Assembly: GCF_009914755.1 (NCBI RefSeq)
Contig: NC_060935.1
Source: the human T2T-CHM13v2.0 reference genome, Homo sapiens
Length of the DNA stretch: 64,000 bases
Direction: 5' to 3' (one strand)
The position numbers and the translations under genes are program-made. Positions 31,627 through 46,405 of this stretch are shown here, in pieces; the stretch's first letter is position 1; each line of letters begins with the position of its first letter. The notes under the pieces are model-generated. The model was not told where the DNA came from and ran no database searches. It was given only the letters and a program-made list of their open reading frames with translations.

Positions 31627-32460
31627 GTGATAGACAATGGGCTCACTAACCCAATGATCATTCCCAACACCCTTTGCCCTTACCAAATGCTTTCACTACT
31701 GAGTCTGGAAAAGCTAAATACTCACTTTCCCAGCTTTCCTAGCACTTAGGAATAGCCACGTGGCCCAGTTCTGACCAATGAGATGTACACAGAAGTCTGC
31801 TGGGGATATTTGGGTCTTTGCTTTCCTAGGAGAAGAACAGACATTACTCGTGTTCCTCTATAACCCTTTTTTCCTACCTCCATCAGAGACATAATGACTA
31901 GAGCTACAGCAGCCATCTTAGAGCAGGAGGAAAAGGCCAAAGAATCATAGAGATATTGGTCTTGTACTCACTGACCTAATAAATCAATGTCACCTGCCAC
32001 TGACCTTCAGACTTCTTTTTATGTAAGAAAAATATACCTCCTATTTACCTATTTATTTAAGCTCCTGTTTTGTTTTGTTTTTTTCTCTCTCTCTCTAACT
32101 CTATCTCTATCTTTCCTTTCTTTCTCTTTTTGAGATGGGGTCTTGCTGTGGTGCCCTGGCTAGAGTGCAGTGGCATGATCATGGCTCACTGCAGCCTTGA
32201 CCTCTTGGGCTCAAGCAATCCTCCTGCCTTAGCCTCCTGAGTAGCTGGGACCACAGGTGTGCGCCACCTAATTTAAAAATTTTTTTTTGGAGAGCCAGGG
32301 TCTCTCTATGTTGCCCAGGCTGGTCTCCAACTCCTGGGCTCAAATGATCCTCTTGCCTCAGCCTCCCAAAGTGCTGGGATTACAGGCATGAGGCACCGCA
32401 CCTGGCCTAAGCTACTGTTAATCAAGTCTTCCAGTAGCATATTCTGGCATTTATAACTGA
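31627..32460 (+). mobile_element. Ancient ERVL/MaLR-type solo LTR interrupted by minus-strand AluJ (~32066-32407)
   Basis: tttcccagc...ccacgtggcccagttctgaccaatgagatgta and gctacagcagccatctt motifs; Alu TSD TAAGCT(C/A)CTGTT. Confidence 0.7.
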
Positions 32461-33469
32461 TGCATAGTGAGTGATAAAACAGCGGAGCTGAGATTCAAAC
32501 ACAGACAATTCTTAACTACTAAGCTACATGAAAAAAAAAATCTGGCACTGGATTTACTAGGGAATGGGTACTCAAATGATGAAAATAACTATAATAATAT
32601 GAATCACTCGGCCTACCTTCTTAAGGCTCCAAGCTCCTCTGGAAACTCAGGATGGTTAGTAACCTAAATTACAACAGAACTACTTAGGATCAGGTCCCCT
32701 CTTTGGACACTGTGCCCAGCCCTCTTGTCTGCATTTCAATTCAGAGCTCCCAGCTGGGGATCCACACTAAGGCGGGAAGAGGGTAGGAAGGTTTGGAGTC
32801 AGGTCTTGACTCTTTGCCCATCCCCACCTATCTTATGGTACCACGAAGATTTCAGGCCTCCTGCCATGCAGGCATAAGGCAACAGAGTCCAATGAACTCA
32901 GCATAAACTTACAAATTGTGACAGCACTTGTGGTAACAGTGAAGGCCAAAGCTTCTCCTTGGTAGACAGAGACCTTTGGAGGTAACAAGAAGTATGGTTT
33001 TGTAGCTTAAACAAGACCAAGGACTACTGATTTTTCTGCATCTTCTCCTGCTGACAGCAGTAATAGCAAAAATCTGATTTAGACACTTAAATTCAAGTAC
33101 CTTCCCCATCAGCTGAGCAATTTTCAAGTAATCACACTTTTGACCTTACTCAACATGAGTCCTTTTAAAGCCAATTTTAGGGGCCAATTATTTAGTTTTC
33201 CTAAAATGTGCAAGGGAAAAGAAAATTGTTGGCTATCCTGCTGGAAACTGGCTTGCATCCCTGTGTCCAGGGTTTAGGACCACCCAATCTGTCTTGAGAA
33301 GGTGCCAGCAGCCCCTCCTGTCATAGCTGACACATGTGTGACATTTGACACATAACCTGCTTCTAAAGCTGTTTTGAACTTGAAGGAATTATGACATTCA
33401 TGATGGCAAGATTCCTAGACAAGCTCACAAAATTGGGAGAGAAGAGGAAGACTATGGAACATTTACTAA

Positions 33470-33635
33470 ATGGGAGATAGGTCCATTAGAATCATCCAGA
33501 GAGCTTGTAAAAACACCGATTTTGCTGGGAACCACCTCTAGGGTTTCTGATTCTGTAAGTCTGAAGCTGAAGCCCAAGAATTAGCATTTCTAGTAGGTTT
33601 GTAGGCCCAGGGGTTACATTTAGAAAATCACTGCT
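33470..33635. mobile_element. MER5A-like DNA transposon
   Basis: cattagaatcatccagagagcttgtaaaaa...tttctgattctgtaagtctg...gcatttcta...gaaaatcactg. Confidence 0.75.
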
Positions 33636-34681
33636 ATAAAGTATAAATCAATTATTAGTCACAGAGACTTTGGAAACTGACAATTGGGCACCTCCAGATG
33701 CTGGAAAAGTTTCTCCATCCGTAAGAAAAGGTTCACTGTATCAGGATATTCACCTAGCTTATGGCCTTTTTTCCCTCCCAAAAACAAAACGACCCCCCTT
33801 CTCCACTCCCCTCCCCCCAAATCTAAACAGCAATAGTGACAGGTTTCAACTGGTTTCTTTTTATGGACCAGACAGACCCTGAATGCTCAGAACATAGGGA
33901 AATGCCTGTGGGTTTTCACAAGGCAAAGCTGTCTCTTAAAAAAGATGCTTTGAGTTCAGAAGAGGAATTCTCCTAGAAGTTCCAGACAATATACCCTGAA
34001 AGAAAGGACAAGTCTACAGTGGAGGTTCTCTAATCTCCCAAAGTATGCATATACTACTACTAGCTGCTACTAAGAAAAAAACTCTTAGACCAGCTTTTTC
34101 CACAACATACCTGTGCTTATTACCATAGTAAGAACCAGGAATGAATAGGTGCAAGGATGGAGACGAGTGTGTGCATGTGTGATATATATTAGGGGTTGGG
34201 AAGACAAACATAAACTAGATAATTCTGAGAACCCCTTCATGGCAGCTTAGGAGCTATCTAAATGGGTTACAGGTTGAGTTGAGATACTGATTCCTTAAGC
34301 TCTTAGGCTGTCTGGGAAGAAGGTGAGGCATAAGAGCTCCTGGGCAGCTTTGTCTATCTATCCAGAGTTCCCTATAAATAATGTAATTTTCTGTGTGAAA
34401 GCACTGGCTTAGAGCTAAATGTGAATTACTGTTTAGAGAAGACCCTCGGGACAAAAAGCCTATTCCAAACTCTCAGGTCAATTTGCCAGAGAGATTTATG
34501 GACCTCTGAAAAGGCTTCGTTATTAGAGGTTTGATCATTCAGTCCTTTATTCACTCAACTAACCAATATTAATTGAGAGTTCACTTTGTGTTAGGCACTT
34601 TGTGTTAGCACTGAGAACACAATGACTGCCTGCAATAGCAATGGGTATTACTAAAGATATAAACAATTATAAGACAGTCTA

Positions 34682-34990
34682 CAGTCATATGCTGCATAAT
34701 GACAGCATATATGAAGGTGATCCCATAAGATTATAATACTGCATTTTTACTGTACCTTTTCTATGTTTAGATACACAAACAACCATTGTGTTACAATTGC
34801 CTACATTATTCAGTGCAGTAACATGCTGTACAGATTTGTAGCCTAGGCTATACCACATAGCCAAGGTGTGTAAGTAGGCTGTACCATCTACGTCTGTGTA
34901 AGTACACTCCATTATATTTGCACAACAACAAAACTGCCTAATTGTTGCATTTCTCAAAATGTATCCCCCTTGTTAAATAGTCCATGAGTG
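34682..34990 (-). mobile_element. Tigger3a (MER7A)-like Tc1/mariner element
   Basis: CAGTCAT...CATGAGTG termini flanked by TA on both sides; tttactgtaccttttctatgtttagatacac core. Confidence 0.85.
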
Positions 34991-37638
34991 TAAGTTAACT
35001 ATGTAGCTTAGTGGTTAAGAGCATGAAACATCCGAACTTAGGCTTGATTCTGGCTTCTCTACTTCCTGGCTCTGTGACAGAAACAAGTCCTCTCATCTTT
35101 CTTGATTTGTGTCTACACCTATTAAAACTTGGATAATACAGATTAAGTAAGAGAAACCTTGCAGCACAGCTGCCACCACTGCCACCACCTTGAGTCAGGA
35201 GAACCAAGCCCAGGCTGGGGTGTTGGAAGTCTGGGGATTCCAGCCTCAGTCACTATGGACAGTTTTTTCTTCATCTGTAGCTCTCTGGCCACACCCACTC
35301 CTTTACATTCAAGGTAGAGGAAGAAGATAATATGAAGCATGTGCTGGCATTAATTATGCTCTGCTTCACCAAGGGAGCTAACAATGAGTGTAATGTGATA
35401 GAAGGTGTAACCTGGAACTGTGACCACCAGGAGATTACAGTCCCTCTGGCAAACCTCAAGTTATCCTGTCAACCCAAGTTACAATACGCAATGATGTTTC
35501 TGAGGAAGAGGAGGGAGCTGAGTTGTGCCCTGTCCTTCCTGCCAAAAAGCAGTGGGGATAAGCCCTAACCCTCACTGTTTAGCTAGCTGCCTGCTACATG
35601 TGCCATATACCATCTTCATGGACAAGACTGAAGAATTCTGAATGTCTCTTCTCTGATGAAAAGGAGAGTCTGGGGTGAGGGGGTGAGTGGGAGGCACTTG
35701 GGCCAGTGCTAGAAGAGAAGGAGGCCTGTTCTCCATAGGACCCTGGTGTTCTGGTCCTATACCATGTCTAGGGCTTACCTTTTCTCTAGGGGTGGGAAGC
35801 ACTCTGAACTTCTATCCTGACCCTCTCTCTCCATCTACCTATGAAGATTGGAGGTCAGTATCCAAAGCTCAGGACTACACATTTTTAACCAGTTTACATT
35901 TTTGGATGAAAGTTGAAATAAAATGGTGTGGAATGTTTTGCAAAAAAAAAATAATAATAATAAGTAAAATAATGACATAATTCTCAAACTGGGTACAGGA
36001 ACTCCTATGGTTACTCAACACTATGCTGCAGGTTACAAAAAAAAAAGTACTGAATAAATAGGCGCACCTTCCTGGGGTGTTAATTTTACCAGACGGTAAA
36101 TAATTTGAAGTGTTTGTTTTATAGAAAACAAGTATGACTACATAATGGTGCCTTAAGGCAAAATCCTTATGAATTCTGAAGATAAGACATAGACTTCAAA
36201 TACATTTTAACCTTGGAGTGGCTGCTGTGGGCTATTCACTCCTGCATCAATCCAGAGATGAATTCATTCTCCTCTGATAGCAGGTACACTTTGGTAGAAA
36301 AGTTTCCAAAACACGGTGTATGGCCCATAAGGGCCCTCAGCAAACAGCAACCATTACTGTTATTCATAGATAGCTGTTATAATAAACCCATCCACTAGAG
36401 GAACAAAATGGGTGGGGAAAGGGGTCCTCTCTACCCAGACACCATTTTTTTCCCAAGCTCTGGACCTATCTGGTTCCTGACCAGAATCTCTGTGATTCCA
36501 TGGGAAGTAGAACTCTGGGAAGCTGGCCAATTCTGACCCTAAATGCCAAGGAGTTCTCTTCGAAAAAGAGATCAGCACTAGTAAAGTTACTAATCTCAAC
36601 AGCCTCCTGGGGACCCAGCCCGCAAGCAGTTAACCCTCAAGATAAGAAAAGTCAGTACAATGATCAATGCGGCTCTACCCATGACTAGATCTGTCACATT
36701 TAAAAGGTTCTTCCAGATCAATTATCTCCTTAAAGTCTCACGAATAAGTGACAGATAGGGTAGATACTATTATTCCTACCTTTATAGGAGAGGAAACTGA
36801 GGCCATTGGAAGTAAAGGAACTTATTAAAGTTTTTAGAGGCAGAGCCAGGAGTCAGACTCGGGTCTTCAGACTTCAAGAACAGGCTCTCCCCACTACATT
36901 ACGCAACAGAAACCATTCCAATGAGAATCTATGCAGCACAGCCAAAAGCTCTTCCAGTCCTGTGTCAACATCCCACTGATTTTCAGCTGTATTCGAGGCC
37001 ACAAAAATTATATCACCATTGATTAAGGACCATACATAACTAATAGAAAGCTAAATTAAATTGCATGAGCTTAATTAGCAGGGAAAGGGAAGTCACTCAC
37101 TGGTGGTAGCTATGGCTATACCTGACCTTTCATAGGATACTTATGGACAGGCTGGCTTTCATGGTCTATTGAGCTTGCCCAAGAATGTCAGAAGCTCCAG
37201 AGAAAGAAGCCCTGGACTGTCACTGTAGGAGAGGGCGCTGAGTAAGGGTACTGAGCTCACCTCATCTTAATCTGTTTCTGAACCCTTCATTAACACCAGG
37301 GATTCCAAGAAGGAACACAGAAAAATTGCATTTACAAGAAAATGCAAAAGAAATAGACTAAGGGAAGGAGTCAGCCAGCTGATTTATAATAAAAGAGATC
37401 TAACAAAAATTTAAAGATTAATACCCAGATTGTTAGAGCTAACGGAAACTACTAAACAACTCACATAAGCCCCTCATAGCCTAGATGGGAAAGTGAAGGC
37501 AAGGGAAATGGGTGGAACTTGTCAAGTGTCTCCTAGTTGTTAGTAGCAGAATCAGAATTACAACTTAGTAACTCCTCTCCTCTCATGCTTCAAGATTCAC
37601 GCTTGCCTTCTCAGAAGGCTTTCCTGACACCAACCTCT

Positions 37639-38560
37639 TGATAGGGATAGGGGGCAGAGAAATTCTTAGCAGAAAAGAGCAGGCCCCTGGCGAAACCCCA
37701 CCCTCAAGCCAAAAAGCCTGAAACCGCGGCCCAAAGTGAGAACTTATATCTCTGTTTTCCTGCTCAAATGTTGCCTTTTCCTAAACCACCCATGGTCCCA
37801 CCCCATCCTGTGCCTATAAAAACTCCAGATTCAGCTGGTAGACGGGACTATGGCTGGACATTGGAGAGAAGTGGCTTGACTTCAGAGGTACAGCTTGACA
37901 GCAAAACTTCGAAGAATCTGGCTGGAGACAGCTGGACTTCAGGGGAAGATTACCTACCCAACCCGTCCCCTTTTCAGCCCCTCTTCCCACTGAGAGCCAC
38001 TTTCATCGGCAATAAAATCTCCTGCATTTACCACCCTTCAATTCGTTTAGGCTACCTCATTTTTCCTGGATGCCAGACAAGAGCTTGGGAGCCACGAGTG
38101 TGGATACAAAAAGGCTGGCACACTGGCCCTTTGCACTCGCTGGTGGAAGGCAGCCTCACACAAAAAGGCAAAGAGCCCACTGGGCTGTTAACACTTAAGC
38201 TGTTCATGGACAGCAGAGCTAAAAGAGCACTGTAACACGCCCTCTGGGGCTTCAGTAGTCACAGGCACCCCCACCTGGACACTGCCTTGGGGCCCGCACA
38301 GAGTTCACTGATGCCAGAGCCCAAAAGTGGCCGGCTGGATCCTGTACTCACTTGCCTACTGCTCCCTTCCACAAAGGGTTGAGCATGGCGAGCTGAGTAA
38401 GCAGAGTTTGTTCCTGCCAGCGCCCAAAAGCACTTGCTCTAGTTCCTGCACTGGTTCGCTCACACGCTCTGTCCCACAAGGGGTAGACAAGGGTGGACTG
38501 AGTAAATGAGGCACCCCTGTCGCAAGTCCAGCAAAGGGGTCAAGAAAATATCCTGATTCG
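37639..38560 (+). mobile_element. ERV1 solo LTR, 922 bp (LTR1/LTR28 group)
   Basis: TGATAGGGA...TCCTGATTCG termini, 4-bp TSD CTCT, TATAAAA at 37815, AATAAA at 38011. Confidence 0.85.
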
Positions 38561-40164
38561 CTCTGACAGTGTTGTGGCCCTCCTCTATATACACCATGCT
38601 TCCACAGCAATTTGTACATTTATTTATTATGTTAGGCTTTTGGAATACAGTGGCACATCCCTCTGAGATAGTATTTGTCTCAGTGTATTCTGTCTTCTTA
38701 TACTTCTGTTTTTCCATTTCTTACAGATCTGTGCTGGTTAAGATGGAGAGTCTATGGAGGTACCATAAACAAAGAACACACAATCACTGTGTGTATGAGT
38801 CTTTATAAAACTGGTAATCTTGCAATTTAAAGAACAGAGTATATAACAAAATTGGAAGGTCAGAATTCATCCAGTCCAGTCATTTAGGCCCCCTCCTATG
38901 GCAGTAGAATCCTTCTCACCTGGATGCCTAATCTATAAAATAGGCAGGAGCAGATCTCTACTGGAGGGGAAGAGAGCACCTATGTGGCTTACTGCTTTCT
39001 CTTTTAACAGCTCCTAGGCATCCTGAGGTGCAATCTCCCAATTTTCTGAATAAGGAAACAGCTAAAATAAAGGAACTTTTTACTTCTAGGCTCTCCCTTC
39101 ATTCAGCATGAACAAAGAAAAAAGTAGGGCCTTTAGAGCCAGGCAAACTGTAAGGGAATCTTCTATGACCTTGGAAAAGTCATTTGACCTCTCTGCATCA
39201 GTTTTTTAACTGATCAATTTTTTAACATCTATCTTCTAGGGATGTCATGAGGATTAAATGAAATAAAATATATAAAGCATGGATGCTTCAAAGATTGGCT
39301 TACCATAGAAAAGATGTGATCACCAGCACCCCTGGAGGGTGGCAAGGCAGGTTTAAAATACCTTGATGCAAAACCTTAAATAAAATCTCTCCAGACATAA
39401 GCAGCCACCTAAATGTTAATTCAAAACTCTCAGCATGGTAATGAGTAAAGATTTTTCCCCCTACCAGGGCAGAAGACAGGTAAGAAAGTGAGCTATAGGA
39501 CAATTTTCCACCATTTTATAGAAATTTACCAATGACTGAATATACTGCTATGTCTTGAGCTAATTGTGAGAACCCATCACTGTGAACAGATACATGGAAA
39601 GCATGTCTCTCACTGTCATGCAGGGTGATGACCATTCTTTATTTGCAAAGAATACTGTGATATAGCAAGACTTTAGCCAGAAAAAGAAAAAAAAAATCCT
39701 TACTCGATACTTTCTTTTATGCAATGCTAACAAACTACATGACACTGACAGTTTTTCATTGTTATTGTTTTAAGGATACCTACATTGGGAGCTCTTTTGC
39801 TATTCTGCCTTTGTCCATAGGAATCCTCCACATAAACAACTACTGAGCCAGCAGAAACTATCTGAAGTAACTATTTTGGAATTCCAGAGTCTAATCAGAA
39901 CACTTGCAGTATGCAGAGGGAGAGTTTAATGAAGAGGCTGGTAAAATTTTCAGAGAATTTCAGCCTTTTGCCCAGTGGCTACCATCCTCCAAGTCCCTGG
40001 TGCAGATTGCTGGAGCTAGATGGGCAGTAAGGACCTTGGCCTCCAAATATGGGGGTTATGTGTTCTGATTGTTAGTTTTGATCACTGAGAGGCCAGCACA
40101 GAGGCTGACAGCCATGGTTTCAACCTCTACTGGCCAAAGCAGATTCCAAGGCATTTACAAGAAC

Positions 40165-40871
40165 AGATGAATGAATAAATAAATATTGTATGATTCTACT
40201 TATATGAAATATCTAGAATAGGCAAATTCATAGAAACAGAAAGAGCCAAGTACAATGGCTCATTCCTATAATCCTAGTGACTTGGGAGGCTGAGGTGAAA
40301 TGATTGCCCAAAGCCAGAAGTTTGAGATCAGCCTAGGTAACAGAGAGAGATCCCTTCTTTAATTTTTTTTTTTTAAATTAGCCAGGCACAGTGATGTACA
40401 CCTGTAGTTCCAGTTACTTGGGAGGCTGAGACTGGAGGATCCCTTGAGCCAAGGGACTTCAAGGCTGTAGTGAGCTATGATCGCACCACTGCACTCCAAC
40501 CTGTGGGACAGAGTGAAACTCCATCTCGTTTAAAAAAAAAAAAGAAACAGGAAGAAATTTAGGGGTTACCAGGGCTAGAGGCAGGGCAAAAGATGAGTAA
40601 AAGAAGAGTTATTGTTTAATGGTTACAGAATTTCTGTTGATGAAAAAGTTCTGGAAATAGTGGGGATATTTAAACAACATTGTGAATGTACCTAATGCCA
40701 CTCAATTATACACTTAAAAATGGTTAAAATTGGCCAGGTGCAGTGGCTCATGCCTGTAATCTCAGCACTTTGGGAGGCCGAAGTAAGAGGATCAACTTGA
40801 GCCCAAGAGCTGGAGGCTGCAGTGAGCTATGATTGTGCTACGGTACTCTAGCCTGGGTGACAAAAAAAAAA

Positions 40872-40902
<31 letters not shown>

Positions 40903-40965
40903 GAAAAGAAAAAAAAGGCTAAAATGGTAAATTTTGTATTACATATACTTTAGCATAATAAACTT
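40165..40965 (+). mobile_element. L1MB-like 3' end carrying AluJ (~40243-40545) and an Alu monomer (~40732-40916)
   Basis: tgtatgattctacttatatgaaatatctagaataggcaaattcatag and cacttaaaaatggttaaaat; L1 text resumes after each Alu. Confidence 0.85.
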
Positions 40966-41479
40966 TTCATAAGTATACCCATATTTCACATAAGCTGGCT
41001 TTTATAAGCTATATGACCTTGAGAAACTTACTTAACTTAGCTGAACCTTATTCCCTCATATGTAAAATAATAATAGCTCTCCCTTGAAGGATTATCATAA
41101 AAATTGGGGACTACGTTTGTAAAGTGCTTGGCACTCCACTGACAGTAATTAGTGGTAGTTATTACTATAATAACAGCAACAATAATATAATTTGTATAAA
41201 CTAATAATAATTTAATTCAACATATATTTAATGAACTAACTGCCTGCTCTGTTGTGGGCACAAGAAGTACATAATTTCTGCCCTCAAGGAGCTCACAGTC
41301 TAGAAAAACATACAAATAAACAACTTTTTGTAGAGAACAGGAAGCCAAGGAGAATTTAGGAGCAGAAAAATAATAACCCAACAACAGCAATACTTCTTTG
41401 TTTGGGAGAAAGAGTTATTCTTCTTTACAGAGGTGGGAAATCATTTTGTAACCCAGGAAAGTAAATCAGTCACAAGCAA

Positions 41480-41516
41480 GGGTGTGTAGCTCAGTGGTAG
41501 AGTGGGTGCTTCGCAT
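41480..41516 (+). pseudogene. Tailless retroposed 5' half of tRNA-Ala(CGC)
   Basis: GGGTGTGTAGCTCAGTGGTAGAGTGGGTGCTTCGCAT covers acceptor 5' strand, D-arm/A-box and anticodon loop TT-CGC-AT. Flanked by a perfect 19-bp direct repeat GTAAATCAGTCACAAGCAA (41461-41479, 41517-41535). Confidence 0.9.
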
Positions 41517-41748
41517 GTAAATCAGTCACAAGCAAACACATAGTTTAATGTGCATGATTCTTGCCCTGACAAGGTTTAATCCATCTGCTTTTAGCATCAC
41601 ACACAGTATCTGAGACAGATACAAAATCACTGCTTATATGGACTACAAAACCCAGAGAGGACTTGCCTGACACTTCAGTGGAGTGGAAAGAGCTTGGATT
41701 TCTGACTCTTTCCTCATCTGTAAAATAAGTGTTCTAATAGAAATTTCT

Positions 41749-42047
<299 letters not shown>

Positions 42048-42212
42048 TCTAATAGAAATTTCTACCTCACAGTGCTTGTTGTAAGGATTAAATGAGATCA
42101 CAAATCGTAACTTTAAGTTGTAAAGTATTGTGCTTCTTATGTATTATTATATGCGGTTTTGTGAGCCTTTGTTCTCACATGCTTCAGAGAAAATTTGTCC
42201 TGGAAAGTCAAA

Positions 42213-42695
<483 letters not shown>

Positions 42696-43017
42696 ATTTT
42701 GTTTTTAAAAGTCAAATGTCCTGAGCAAAGCAGCTGCCACTCAAAATGAGCTAGCCTAAGGCTGACTACATAGGTAATATAAGAGGTTTGAAGACAACTC
42801 TTCATTGCTAAATAGCTCAAAGGAATTGTCAAATTTCAACTATCATTGTTCTAAAAAAGAATAATTGCTGTAAACCAAGTAGGCAAGGAAAGAGGGTCTC
42901 TTGTTTTCTCTGAGGGTCTCTGCTCAGTCTCCATAAGACTCAAAAACAGAAAAGTCTCCCTGTTCCATCTGGTCTATCCAGAGGGGTTGACCAGTCACAA
43001 CAGATAATCCAAATGAA

Positions 43018-43317
43018 TTTTTTTTTTTTTTTTTTTTTTTGAGACGGAGTCTCTGTTGCCCAGGCTGGAGTGCAGTGGCACAATCTTGACTCACTGCAAG
43101 CTCCGCCTCCCGGGTTCACACCATTCTCCTGCCTCACCCTCCTGAGTAACTGGGAGTACAGGCGCCCACCACCATGCCTGGCTAATTTTTTGTATTTTTA
43201 GTAGAGACGGGGTTTCACCGTGGTAACCAGGATGGTCTCGATCTCCCGACCTCGTGATCCGCCCACCTCGGCCTCCCAAAGTGCTGGGATTACAGGCGTG
43301 AGCCACCGCACCCGGCC
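43018..43317 (-). mobile_element. AluY
   Basis: AluY diagnostics; TSD TCCAAATGAA. Confidence 0.94.
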
Positions 43318-43480
43318 TCCAAATGAAATTTTTATTCACCTACAAAGCAGAAAAAAATCTCTCCCGCACTGGCTACCTGTCCCAGACTCTCCTTGCCATA
43401 TCAGAGGGCTACTCATTAGCAAGGATAGACAAATCACAGGAGTCTTTTCCTCAAACCCATCTCATACTTCTCTGCTGTAA

Positions 43481-43960
<480 letters not shown>

Positions 43961-44259
43961 TAAGCAGACACTATTATCCCTACTTTATAGAAGAAACTCA
44001 GAGAGGTGGGAAATGACCGAAGATAAGAGAGTTACCTTGTTTAAAGAAATCTAACTAAGTGTGTTGGAAATTAAAAAGCAGCTATAAGGTGAGCAGAAAG
44101 AGAACTAGATTGGCTGCCAGAGGTCTGGGTTCTACTTCCAGGTTTGACATCTATCTGTCCATCCATTTGTTGAAAAACTAGTCAATATTCATGGCATGCA
44201 GGGGCCTAGCTGGGTATTAGAGATACAGGAGTAAATCAGATACTGAATTCATTGTCAAT

Positions 44260-44554
44260 CTTTTTTTTTTAAGACAAGGTCTCCACTCTTGTCACCCAGG
44301 CTGGGGTGCAATGGTACAAGCATGGCTCACTGAAGCCTTGACTTCCTGGGCTCAAGTGACCCTCCCAACTCAGCCTCCAGAGTAGCTGGAACTACAGGCA
44401 GGTGCCACCACACCCAGCTAATTTTTACATTTTTTTATAGAGATGAGGTCTCGCCATGTTGCTCAGGCTGGTCTCAAACTCCTGGCCTCAAGAGATCCTC
44501 CCCCATCAGCCTCTTAAAGTGCTGGGATTACAGGTATGAGCCACGGCACATGGC
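44260..44554 (-). mobile_element. AluJ
   Basis: Full dimer with J diagnostics. Confidence 0.9.
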
Positions 44555-45054
44555 CCACTGTGAATCTTAAGTGCTTTCCTTAGGCACTTATTAGACCTCA
44601 GGTTTCTCATCTAAGAACAGGGTTGGATTTGATGGTCTCTAATCATCTTATAATTCTAAATAAAAACATAATACCAGCCACCAGATGGACTGAGAATATA
44701 GATAAATAGGATGAGCAGGAGATGGGCTGGAGATACCTGAATGGTAAGGTCATAAAAACTTTCTATTGCAAGCTAAGAAGTTTGGACTTTATCCAAAGGA
44801 CAGTGAAGAGTCATTGAAGGGTTTTAAGCATTGGAGTGATGTCAAATTTTCAAGAGAGAAAAACGATTATGGCTATGTTATGTAAAGAACAGACTGGGGA
44901 CAGGGGTATATGAAAGGAGTTAGGAAGTCCAGTTAAGAGGCAACTTAATCCCAGAAAGAGTAATAATGACCTGAATGATAACAGTGGAAAGATAGGGAAG
45001 AAAAGTCTAATCTAAGAAAGGTAAAGGAGGTTTTTTAAAAATAAAAAGAACATT

Positions 45055-46405
<1,351 letters not shown>

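Noticed and set aside
37768-38235. Longest ORF in the track (155 aa)
   Set aside because: Lies wholly within a solo LTR, has no gag/pol/env motifs and no splice context; chance ORF.
41480-41535. Functional tRNA gene
   Set aside because: Lacks the T-arm/B-box, the 3' acceptor strand and a Pol III terminator.
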